Positions 37,901 through 50,800 of a stretch of 64,000 nucleotides of DNA are shown piece after piece. The position numbers were made by a program, and so were the translations under genes. Below the pieces are notes generated by a model, which was given only the letters and a program-made list of their open reading frames with translations, did not search any database and was not told where the DNA came from. Within the stretch, counting starts at the first letter, position 1. Each line of letters starts with the position of its first letter. The DNA comes from Trichoplax sp. H2 (Eukaryota), in NCBI GenBank assembly GCA_003344405.1, contig NOWV01000182.1, forward strand, positions 1-64,000. Reading direction: 5' to 3'.

Positions 37901-40900
37901 TAACGTAATCATGGACAATATCATTATCATGACTATATTATGACAGCAATAACATATTTCAAATTATAAGCAACGTAGTATTATTTTCCGTTATTAAACT
38001 TTTACAATCGAATAGTGATTTCAGCTAGTTACTGTAGTTGTGATTTTTAAAATATGATGATAAAATTGAAATATGTTACTATTGTATATGATGCAGAATA
38101 GACGGTTATGCTAAATAATGTAATTATCGATAATGGCCGATATTGGTCTTTATGATGAAATGGTGCAAAGATAATTTTAAAGTGGGTATAAATGTAGTGT
38201 AGAATATTAACTATTGTAAATTGCACAAATATCATTTTAAATTTTATCGAGGAATTATTTAGCGCACAATAGAATTTTTAATAAATTTACCTGAATTTTT
38301 AATACGACGTAAATGACTTTCAATGTCAACTAAATTTCCTGTGCGATCAATCCTAAATACTTCAAAAGCAAGAATCCTCCAGGATTTCTTCGATGCTATT
38401 TCACGAAATTTGGTCATTGAATTAACGCCTAAAAAATTTAAATTGTCTTATGTTATCGACTGTAGAATCTTAGCTATGGCTTCATGTTTCACTAATTCCA
38501 CTAATACGTTTAAAAAAAGCAATTTCGAAGGCGAATAAAAAGTTAATTCGCTCCCAGAAATATTTTTGAACATTACATTTATAGTCTATTTTATAGCAAT
38601 GCGATCATACAGATAATACCCATCTCTTGATATCTAACCACGATTTATTGTTTGAAAATAAGAGTAAATCTTACCAAAGTCCGTATTAGATGTTAGTATA
38701 GTCATTTTTGTCCATCCATAATGGCTGATGATGGATGCAATGGTAGTACTTTCTGTTGTAGCAACGGGTAGCATTCGTAATAAGTAATTATAATTGGGAT
38801 TACGGACTAAGCTTGGGTCTGAAGCTAATGGAGCAATCTGTGGCATATTTAAGGCTGAACAAGCAAATTGTGTCCCTTTTGTTGCACTAGACACTACTGG
38901 CCCTATAATCACCATAAGCTCTTCCTTCATAGCATTACAAGCTAGATTAAATGCAAGTTAAAAGAGAGCATAAATAGGAATATTCATAGCCAATGGAAGT
39001 TCAATCAATAAGTATAACATGTAGTAGTAGGATACTGAAAAGAAATTGATCAATTAATTTACCACTTTGAAAATTATCATAAGGACTGTACAGATCTGTA
39101 TGATAATACAAGGCAGACAACTTAGTTTGATTTAAATCAATTTGAGGAATTTCATTTCCATTAATCATATCGATTGCTAGTTGGACTGCCCGCTCTAGCT
39201 TTATATAATCCGGTGGCAGTAGAACCCCTAGAAGGATATTAAAGTCATCTGTTATGTTAAACTTAGATGAAATTGATTTTGAAGAATTAGAAATAATATA
39301 GCTTAAAAATTTGCTCAACTTCATCATTTTAGATTAATTAGGCAATCATAATTATTGCAGCTTCTTCAATACTTTGCTAAAGATATTTCAAATTCACTAG
39401 AATTCTATTTTCGATTCAAAATATCCATCAAGTAGAAACAATGATAAACAGATTGATGTAAGTAGTTGCTATAATGAATAATTTCATTGCGTTTAAATTC
39501 AGAATTTTTTTCAATAGTCATAGTACTCTATTAAGTACAAGGTATTCTAATATGTAATTGGTAAAAGATATTTTGGACAATCATTGATTAATATTAGACC
39601 TTTTTATACCGATCTAGACATTAATCGTAAGGTATTACAATGTTTTACTGACAAAATGGAGGCGCTAAAGTAGCTAATATAATTAGAATAAGATTTTTCT
39701 GAACTTTACAAAAAAAATACTTCATGAATATTCCTAATTTCATATTTGATAGTCATAAAACATGATTTTTGAGAATGATTTTCAAATCAAATAAATCCAA
39801 CCTCATTGTTAAAAAGCACCAAAATCTGCTCATAAACTTTTCCGGTGAATATAAGATTTTTGGCATACATAACATGGTTTTATTGAAATAAATAGGCATG
39901 TTATTGCCAAGAAAATCAGATATGAGTCAAATAATCCATGTGATTGATTTGTGATAGTCCATAACCTGTAATTGCCGGTACTGTAGCAGCTATCTACTAA
40001 TACTGTAATTTAATAGAGATTCATTTACAAAGACATAGCTAAAATAACTTTTATCTATCAATCTCAACTACATAAAAGTTATAAAGGAATTGTTAAAATT
40101 GCTTACAATTCTCAATCAATTTAATTAGTCTGTATCATAACATTTTACTTTCTGGTACGGACAAAGCCAATAGCTAACTAATTTCTAGCTAATCTGTAGG
40201 CTGAATTGAAACAGATCAGTAAAACCGTAGCTGCAATAATTTTGAAGGAAAAATGAAGCTTGACGATATGAGTAAGAATTGTTTAAAATTTTAACATGAC
40301 TGCATTAAATTAAATTTTTTACATCATTTGCTAATCAAATAGTCCATCTATGTGGATGAGTTATATTTCCTAGCTACACGTAATTACTACTGAGTAATCC
40401 CTACAAAAATGAAATTAATCGACAAAATGACAGCGAAATCAATTTTAACCAGATTAATCTCAAAAATATATGCCTGAATCATTAGAATGATTACCGGTAG
40501 ATGATTAAATCCAATACTTTCACCAGTTTGTAATTCAAATATTGAATCTATGTGATTAACTTTGTTTTCTCGATACGTATAATGCCGTTAGATAATTAAC
40601 TACTAACTCATCCCTACAATAACTGAAACTGATTAATTATCAAAACAATAAAAGAATTAATTTGGATGCAGTTAATTTTGATGGTATAGATAAGAATATT
40701 GTAAACATCGCTAAATCTTATTTAATACTTCTAACCAGGAAAGGCAATATATCAATTAATAGATCTATGTAATTAAATCTTGATAATATTGTAGTGTTTA
40801 CTTCTAAATACGGCTTAGTCCATTTAAAGTGAAACGCCAATTTCCACTAGACTGTAACATAACTCTAAATATGCTTAACTTATATTTAGCAAATTTACAC

Positions 40901-42698
40901 GGTGGAAATCTCTTAGACTCTAGCTAGATTATGCCGTAGTATTACCCTTACATAGAAGTAACATATTATTATGAATCATCCGTGTCTATAAGTAATTTCC
41001 TCCTGCTATGCTCTTAATGTAATAAAAGCTATCTTCTTTCGCCAATTTCATTAGTTAGTTCTGGTAGGTGCACGGTAAGCTTGCACGCTTTACCTATTCT
41101 ACACTACTATAGTTATTCGACTAGTCACATCGTTACCTGCACGATAATCTTACACGATTATTCTCTTTCACTAGCTCAATAAGGATTACTCTTCTATTAA
41201 CTATTCTATTGTAATTTATTGCGACTAATGTCGAACTCTCAACCTTCGGCAACATCACAGATATAATGTCTTTATCAGCTGATTGCTAATTAGCCGTACA
41301 GTGCTTAAGTTGAAAATTGATTGACAGGAAGATAGCATAATTAATTAATCTAATCCTAAAAAAACATAAAAAGATATTCATTATCAAGGCCAAGTTCAGT
41401 ACACTTAATATAAAGTGCTTATCTACTGAATAATAAACTAAAATATGACTAGTTTGACCTTAAATTAAATAGCGTTGTGATTGCTGTATAAATTGATAAA
41501 TGAAACTTCCTATATACATGCCAAATTATAATTAAAAACGTGTTTATCTTCATACTTTTACTCAAATGTAATAAATACTGTGGAACGTAGATATTACGAG
41601 ATATAAATTTATATACTACTAGTATTGCGGTTTTATTAAGAAAAGCGAATAAAACTTATAGGTATACGAAAAAATTTAAATTAAATTCGAATTTCAATTT
41701 CTCTTATGATAAGTATATCTCAAGTAACGCGAATGGCATCAGCAACTTTTACAGTCTTGGCAACTAAAAAATTGTATAAAGAAGCTAATATGCAAGGATA
41801 TCACTGCCATGTCTAAGAGACAATCCTTTTTACTAGAAAGCGAACTATATAAGTGAAACTTAAACGCCCCGCACGAGATCTATATATGGTACTCGTAAAT
41901 TTACTCATGAAACTGTAGAAATGGCTGATTTCATTCAGGATACTAGATAATATACGAGTATATCGTAAGCGCTTAAAAATGAGGACATTGAATCAATATC
42001 ATCCTATTCAGACGATTTATCTCATGCAAAATGATAAGCTACTCAAGCAGTGCTCGTTTTAATTAGCTAAACTAGAAAAATTTTTAAGGTAATCTCAGCC
42101 GTCTCTGCATCGTTATTTATAAATGAAAAATTTCCATTCGTGTTATTCCTGGACATGTCACTCTTTAATCTGTATTCTATGATTATTTTTCGCTATTACT
42201 AATGTAACTAATAGCTTGGATTTCAATTATTGACAGATGCAGGATAACAAGGCAAGATATTAAAAGTATATTATGAAAGAAATTTAAGTAATTTTAAATT
42301 ATTATAACTTGATGTGGCATTATTATCGAATCAACTGATAGCTCTAACTATAACATATTTAAATAATTGTTAAACGATTTTTCTCGCTCCTGAATACTGT
42401 TTTACAATAAAGTAAACAATTTAGTGTAAATCTTTAAAATTATTTCATATATTAACATAGCAAAAATTGCGCTAAAACATGAAAAGTGATAGGCTTTATA
42501 AGATTTATTACTTATGATAATATTAAAGGCTTGATCATCTACTTAGCAGATTAATAAATTAAAGCATGATCAATTTAACCAAGAATTCATCTGACCTATA
42601 TTATAAGTTGTTTCAGCTTTAGTGAGAACTTTAGAAAGAGGGCGATTTCCTTGATAAATCAGAAAAATTATTAACGTGTTCCAAATTGGTACGGACAT
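31994..42698 (-). CDS. Ionotropic glutamate receptor-family subunit 'iGluR-1' (ATD-S1-M1-M2-M3-S2-M4-CTD), about 931 aa, 14 exons
   Basis: Exons 42698-42596 (MSVPIWNTLIIFLIY...TTYNIG), 39227-39063, 38941-38675, 38428-38291, 37881-37757, 37153-37034, 36782-36618, 36063-35959, 35358-35227, 34775-34566, 34254-33714, 33586-33205, 32454-32280, 32161-31994 (2796 nt in frame). Motifs GYIIDL, DGQYG, LSITPER..LDFT.P, LWYTLESFLSQG, TYTANLTAFLT, LKLREEG.L..L..KW; ends PTAI*. Confidence 0.92.
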
Positions 42699-44856
42699 AA
42701 CTTTTCTGACTGTAGATATCCCAAATTCTACCGATGGTGAATGTAAACCAGACGCTTTGCAAGCGATGTCTTATAATAGAGATCTAATCAAGATTTATAT
42801 TTTAATAGCTTATCGAAACTTTCTCTTAATTTTATTTCGAATCCATACAATATCTCCTATTGGTATCAAAGAAAATGTTTAAATATTGAAATGTAAAAAA
42901 AGCAATAAATTAATAAAATCCTATTCATGGACATACAATCACCATGACCTTTCCTTTACCCAATCAAGCATGACTCAATATCATATATTTAAGATATTCT
43001 GTATAAGATTGAGTATCATATCATAGACAGTAATTAATCAAAGATATTTAATCCTTTACTTAGTTCACTAATCAAACCCTGCTATTGTCATTTTTTTCAA
43101 TTAATTTTTATTGAAGAAACAAGGATGGACATGAATAAAAGCCAATACTATGTATTTAGCAGACGCTTTCTTACGGCTTAAATAGCACTAGGAAGACAAT
43201 AGTTTAGATTGTATTTTATCTCACGGTCCATGACTAGACAGAATGGCTCAGCCATTCTTAAGGGAATAATTATGCAACTCCATAGTACTATTTTATACAT
43301 CAACGTAATGGTAAGAAAGTATTTTTGATTACCGCCAAAGTATATTTACTGTCAACTTCAAAGCTATAGAACAGATCTATATTTTACTATATGTCCTCTT
43401 ATCACATGAAGCGTCAACTACCTCCTATGTATATAGTATATCTCGAAGAATATTACATAGCAATATATCTTAAAGCAGTAATATATATGTTATATATATT
43501 TTGAAAGTGAAAAGAGATATCATAATCACTACTAAAATTTTAACTGTCAGATAAGGTTATAGACTATAAGACAAATATTTAGTCATTATTCGGCGACATA
43601 GAAGAATTAAAAATCAACGCAAACTAATAAACTTGATATGTACAGATGTTTTCAGAAATTTAGAGCTCTCAAATTAATTCATTTTTAATCCTTTCTAGAG
43701 TTATTTGACGTTGCATTAGACTTTATCATTATTGCCTACTGATACATTTGACTCTGTCATCTAGCTCCTAATGGTACTTAAATTAATGCTATAATATTTT
43801 AGTAAGGTGCTCTAAAATCGAAGTTTTTATTCAATTGAATGAGAAGTGATCAATTGAATGTTTTAGTAAGGCTAATTATTTAGATATGACTACTGTAGAT
43901 GCTTTTGAGGCACTCTTTTGGACTGCAATAAAGTGCCAGATTATTGAATTTTAACTCTAGCAATCAAAAGCTGCAACATTTTTCTAACACTACGTATCAG
44001 ATTCTTTAATCTATTGGATTATAGTATATCTGCTACCCTTTCTATTAAAATCTTGAAATAAGAATGGCGTGGAGAATTATAATTAAGCAGAAAATTTAAG
44101 CTAGAACGCTGTTAGTTAAATATCATGGGGTATTTTAAGTAACCAAATAGCTTACATTTATAACGGCTGTGTGAATAGTTGCAATCTGATATGCATAAAC
44201 GGAGAGATAGAGATGATAATGAATTTACCGCATTTATTTTTCCTTTCAAATCTTGTTTTCCTAATCTAAATTTTGATCACATTAAACTTCAATTATAATA
44301 CGTTCTATATCTATCAGTACATTTTTACTACAAGTATAATCAGTAATATTGCAATGGAAACTTCTATTTCGGATCCGAAAATTTGACTCAAGAGAATTAT
44401 ATACTACATGCATATGTTTTGCAATTTGATTTCTGATAATCTGTGCTTTGCAATGATACAGCATCCATAGGTAATTTTGCTTGTAACAGGCACAACTCAA
44501 TGCTTTTTTATGAGAGATTTGGTTATCGAGCTCTGATATGATATGAAAACCGAATTAAAATTCGAAATGAATTCTAACTTATTAAATCCTGATAAAGACA
44601 CAAGATTATGATGTGTTAAAATTACAATTATCGTATGCAATCTTTCATATATTCCCAAAAAAACCTTGATCTATTCACATGGAAATATCCCTTCCAGTTT
44701 ATAAAGATATTTAACTCTCATCAAAGACACTATATCGAACATATTTGAAGTACGCATTAGTACCTTTGACATTCTCGATTTTATTGTTACTTATTATCTA
44801 AACATTCGAATATGATCCGATATTTATCAGTGATGTATAGGTAAACTCAACTGTAC

Positions 44857-47800
44857 TTAAATCATAGTTGAGCCCTTTCTGCTACCTATCTGGTAAAGAT
44901 CTTTGGAATTTAATTCATCTACTTTAGTCCTGTAAGATAGATCTGACAATAAGTCATCCAAAACATATCGAAGCCGCTGTTTCATGGCCCTCTCAAATGA
45001 CATCACCTAATGGTATAAGCAAAGGGAAGATTACTAGAAGCACTGCATCAAAAAGATTACATCCAAGTTTTATTCTAGGCCGTAATACGAGTACTGACTT
45101 AAGGTCACTAAATGGGTTAGTAATCAGATAATACTCTCTTACTCTCGTGCTAGGACTTCGTGTATCTTTAATTGCAGCCACAATCCATTCTACAAATAGT
45201 ATAGCAAAGCTGAATCCAATTGCAGCTAGCAGCATGTAAAATACCCCTGCAAGATTCTCAAATTTTATAGGATCATGGCTAGAAGCTTGCGCATTATTCT
45301 TACATTTTCCATCAATCCTGCAGTAGAAGAACAGATTAGAAATGTATCTCGGTGCTAAATATTATTTGCATACTATTGCATTTATTTGGACTTGAAACTT
45401 AAAAATCTATCAGCAGCCTAAATACCATTTTGCTTTCAGCTTATCTAGATATCCTAACTCGTTTAGTTTCAATATCTGCATATTAATTTCTTCCCAATAA
45501 AGTGATCCTTTTGGCACTGCTAGACTTAATCTGTCTATTTTAAATTTTCCAATGGTAGTCAAGTTACAGTACTTACTTTGGGCATAGCTAAGCATTGTAG
45601 CACCTCCAATGAAAGCATACTGCTCATTTTTACTGGTCAGTACACGTTGAATGCCATCCTCAGTAGTAATCACATTTTTTAGATTTTTTCTCATTTCTTG
45701 ATAGGGCGATATCGCAGTTTTTGAGAAGAAAGATTCATGGCTGCTACTAGCTACAACACCGTAATTCATGTCTGGATTTCTAGCTAGATCCTGTAAGGAA
45801 CTGAAAGCTATATTTATTCAACAGAAAAGTAAAAATAAGAATGATAGCGTAATTCATCAATTAGACAGGATAATAGCGATGTCATTATTAGTCATCATAA
45901 ATTATTTTTAGCAGGATAGTAATTGTTACTTAAGCTTACTAGTATGTAAACTATTAATTGTTAAGAATGCCGTTAAATTTGCAGTATAAGTTGCTGTAAT
46001 GATGACGGAAGCAAACCACCAAATTGCAGTAATTAAACGCGCAGATATCGATCTTGGGGTCCTATCAGGTCCTTGTAATAAAATTGAAGCCAATGCATAC
46101 CATAAATTATTACTAAATGAAAATACTTCTGATTCTGATTCTTTCTCTATTTGCCAATATTTATAACTGTTCTGTAATCCATTTTCCATGTGTTTACTTT
46201 TGTTCGAAGCTCTCAATCTGTATATAGCTCTACCATAATAATCAAAAGGACTCCAGCGATTCATACAGGTAGTCACTGCTGCGACGATAATCATTGATAT
46301 CAAAATACCGATCCAAACTTCAGTTTTAAGAGGAGAGAATGCCTGAAATAAAGAAGCTGGTTGAGTTGCTTTGGTTGCTGTTAAAATGGTTAAAGCTTCA
46401 TCAAGGAAGGGCATAGTAAAATCTATAATTTGCTGACGTTCAGGAGTAATAGACAATGGTGCAGCACCAATATCGGTTTGCTATTAGAAGGAATCCCATA
46501 AGTAAGATTTAAAAATTTTGTCAAAATACACTATTGTATTACACTTATAGCAATCTACTAAAGAAGAGTTGCATAATAGCTAATAGCTCCTTTTGCATCT
46601 CAAATAGCCTAAAGCAACACAGAATTATCCTATAAAATATTAAATGTGTATATTATTAGCTGAAAAGTCATAAATCAACATTTATGTTAATTAGCTGTGA
46701 TGAAAAATGATATGCAACTTTTGCAACGATTGCTTAGAAATCTTCACGGGCTACTATGCTACTTCGAGGCTTTTATTATTATCAACATCAACAGCTACTA
46801 ATCTTCTCGACTACTGTTTCATGATTAATAACGAGTACTTTAAGGTACTATAATTGACACACGAAGCCAGATAAGAATTAACACATACTCGCACATTATC
46901 AAATATCATGTAAATGTTAACATAAACTCTGATATTCACCCCATTAAGTATTTCGCCAATAATTCCTGACCATGTGAAGGTACCATTAACACTGATTTCA
47001 GTACCATAAAAACCGTCCGCAACTACTCTCACGTTATACGAAAAATTTAAATTTCTACTAATTTCATCCATTAAATCGATGATATATCCTTTATACTTTT
47101 TACCAGTAATAGCATAATCATTATCTATCATTATGAATGGAGCGCTCTAAAATAAAATAACAACAAAATTACAGCAAAAGATATTGAATAGCTTATTAAC
47201 GAGTTTATAAAGGAATGCCAATATCGGGGATAATACATAATAAAAATAATAGCAGCTACTCCATATCGACTGCTCTATCTTTCTGCCATCTCCTTCACAA
47301 TAATTACTACTAAGAATTAGTAACAGAACAGGTAAATATTTTACGAGACCACGTAATGGATTGTTTTGGAGATCAGTTAGCTGCTATATGTAAGTACTGC
47401 GTAGCCATGAAAGAGGAACCAATATTTTTAGACTACGAAAATCTCTACAATTGAATATCCTTACTAGCAAAGCTATTTCATCAAACATTCAGTATCTTTT
47501 AATGATTCTTATGCATTTATGTCTATATACTGTAGTACTATTGCTTTTCATTTTCAATAGCAATTTCCAATTATCATTACAAGAAATAATCTGATCTGCA
47601 TCTACTACATATTATAATTTTATACTTAAAGCTAGTAGCCCTACCAAAATGATTGTTGCAGTGAGACTTTTGCCACTGATGAAGGAGCCAGAGTCACTTA
47701 TACGGTTAACTCCCTCGAGAAAATAGGTTCGATCGTGATCTAGACTTAAGCTATGATGGTTGCTCCAATTTCCAACCTAATTCATAGAAAAAAGAGTAAT

Positions 47801-50800
47801 AACCAACTCTCGGTTATGTAGCTTAGATTTAATGCGATTTATATTAATTTTATGATCGTGCTAATTATTACCTGAGCCCAAGTTTCACCATGTAAATTCA
47901 CAATATTATAGTTAATATAAGCCGGACCACCATCAGAAGTAAAATTAATAGATAGCATCGTGGATGGACCAGAAGCCTAGAATAGGGAAATACTCATGGA
48001 TAAGAAATGCTCGCTCATTTATTGCGATATATTGTATCAAAGATTTCAACAATTATTATTAGACTAGATATTTTTTAAGAGGCATAATTTAATCACCAAT
48101 TAGAAATGCGAGAAATAGCATGCAATTTCAAAATCTATACCTTTTTAATAGATTTAAATACTTGGTTACCGTCTACCCATGGGATCGGATTCGTTCTAGT
48201 ACATACTAATTTTTTAGTCTTTATTTGCTTTTTTTCTTTTAGCATGGTTTGAATTCCATAGCCAACGGCCAAAACAGAATCAAAATATTGAAGGTAGAGT
48301 GACTAAACAGTACACCGATAAAAATTCTATCATGGATGTGCATCATAAGATAAAATCACATTATCATCGGATCAATGATTTTACTAATACATGGATCTGA
48401 GCATTATCAAGAAGACAATCTAAAATGAATTCACTCTTATCAGGTAATAGATTTTCGAAATGCTGCAGGTATATAGGTAATGATACGTTGATAAATATAA
48501 TATCAAACAGGAACAAATTCAGAATGAAATCTCGTCCTTATCAGATTGATGACAGTAGCTAAACAGGAATATAAGTAATACCGAGAAGACACAGTATTAA
48601 ATGAATCATATCCTGATCAGACTTTCTGTTATTTTTTCTAAATATTAAAGCTGTGATAATGATCAAAGAATGCATCGATAAAAATATTATCAAGAAATTT
48701 ACTAAGATATGGACTGTATACTAAAATAAGCTGCATAAATATAGAGAGCAGAATAATAATTTTTCGTGAATTAGTAATCACGATTATATTTATTGGAAGT
48801 AAGTTGCTATGTGGAGCGGAAATAAATCTGAATCTATTTTAAATCATTACTTAATNNNNNNNNNNNNNNNNNNNNCGGAAAGTATAAAAGCATGCAACTT
48901 TAGATTATTCTGTTAGTTCGTTCTAGAAGTCTTTAGTAGTAGTATTCGGCTAGAGTAGAGCTGTGTAGTTAATCTATGTATAAGATTCAATAAAGCCCTT
49001 ATTTTTCTAAAATTTGGAATTTCGTGATTGGTATATATCACAACACAGTATTAAATAAAATCATATCCTGATCAGACTTTCTGTTATTTTTTCTAAATAT
49101 TAAAGCTGTGATAATGATCAAAGAATGCATCGATAAATATATTATCAAGAAATTTACTAAGATATGGACTGTATACTAAAATAAGCTGCATAAATATAGA
49201 GAGCAGAATAATAATTTTTCGTGAATTAGTAATCACGATTATATTTATTGGAAGTAAGTTGCTATGTGGAGCGGAAATAAATCTGAATCTATTTTAAATC
49301 ATTACTTAATGTTTTAAATACCGGTACCTCAATACTTTCATTGTATCGATGATAATATTTAGTGAATACGCTTTGATATAATTGTCCTTGTCTGCTATGA
49401 TATTTCAAGCCAATTAAACCATTCAGATTGGAAGGTAAACTATGCACCTAACAGCAGCATAAGTACGCCTAATAGTTACATCATTAATTTTATTAATCTT
49501 GATTACTAATAATGAATACACTTTTATTCACAGATTGCCGTACTCAAGTTCTGCTCTAATATTAGGCGTAAGACCGCATGATTAAGCAGCTAGCACTACT
49601 ATTATTGCCCATAATGTTAATCAATTCCAATGGCAATGGCAAATAAATGATGTGCATTAATGAAATTGTCTACAATAAATGTTAAATTGATGACAATCAC
49701 TAGTTCTACGTAATAAGAGAATTTCTTAGCTTCCCGATACAATCCTAAAATTAAACCCGGACTGCACCTCTGAGGTTATCGCATCAACCATAATCCAACA
49801 CCATCCCCTTCCCATCATTTCCATCCTATGTGCATATTTAAAAATTTCCAATGCTTGAGACGTTAGACACTTTACGATCACAATTCTAGAGCCTAAGAAG
49901 AATGAAAGTATCAAAAAATCTAATTACAATTTCTACTTAGCTCAAAAATCAAATATATCGTGTCATTTTGAGCATTCTTTGCTTTACAATAAGTGTACAC
50001 TAAGGTATATATTTGGGACGCATATCGTCGAAGAAAATAATGTAGTGAGTAATTCTATATTTTCAATTAGTTATCATATTATGTGTGATATTGACATATT
50101 CGAGCACAAGAGATGTATATATAAAAATTTTGAACTCGTTAGCTAATTTAATCCTATACCGATATTGACAATATGAGACGTTGCGAAATTACTATCGATT
50201 TACACCATTTGTTCAATTACTTTACTCTATGTTAAACTCTATTAATACTAAAATTCATATCACTAGTATACTACATCGATACCAAACAATATTTCCTTGT
50301 AGCAGCATTAACACCTAAAAGGCCGTTCACGGTTTTATGTCTTTAATCAATCTTTTACATAATCTAAATAAGAATTACCTGACATTTTAATATTTTGCAG
50401 ATTAGCTTTAATTTCCAGTGCATTGCCGACCTTATCTACTTTAAAACGTTCGAAGGCTAGAATCTTCCATGATTTACCAGATGCAATTTCTCGAAACTTT
50501 GATAGAACATCGATACCTATTTCAGAATATGTCATGTAGACAGGGAAAAATATTTCAATACGAAAAACTGCATAGTTGTTGATAGGTAAAGTTAATCAAT
50601 CTTAATAAATAAAAATGGTTTAGCTATTTAGCATCACCATTTATAATGTAAGATAATTAGTATACAGAATATATATTATGGTTATATTATCAAAATCAGA
50701 AAATTTTTAATTGTGAACTAGATTGTGCTATTCTTTCAACTTATGAGTAGATATTCATCGTACCAGAGTCCGCATAAGATGCTAATAGAGCCATTTTAGT

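Noticed and set aside
39228-39327. In-frame ATG extension (MMKLSKFLSYIIS...) as the start of iGluR-1
   Set aside because: Poor signal peptide. A good acceptor lies at 39228-39229, and a proper exon 1 (42698-42596, ..TTYNIG, homologous to iGluR-2 ..ATYRLG) exists.
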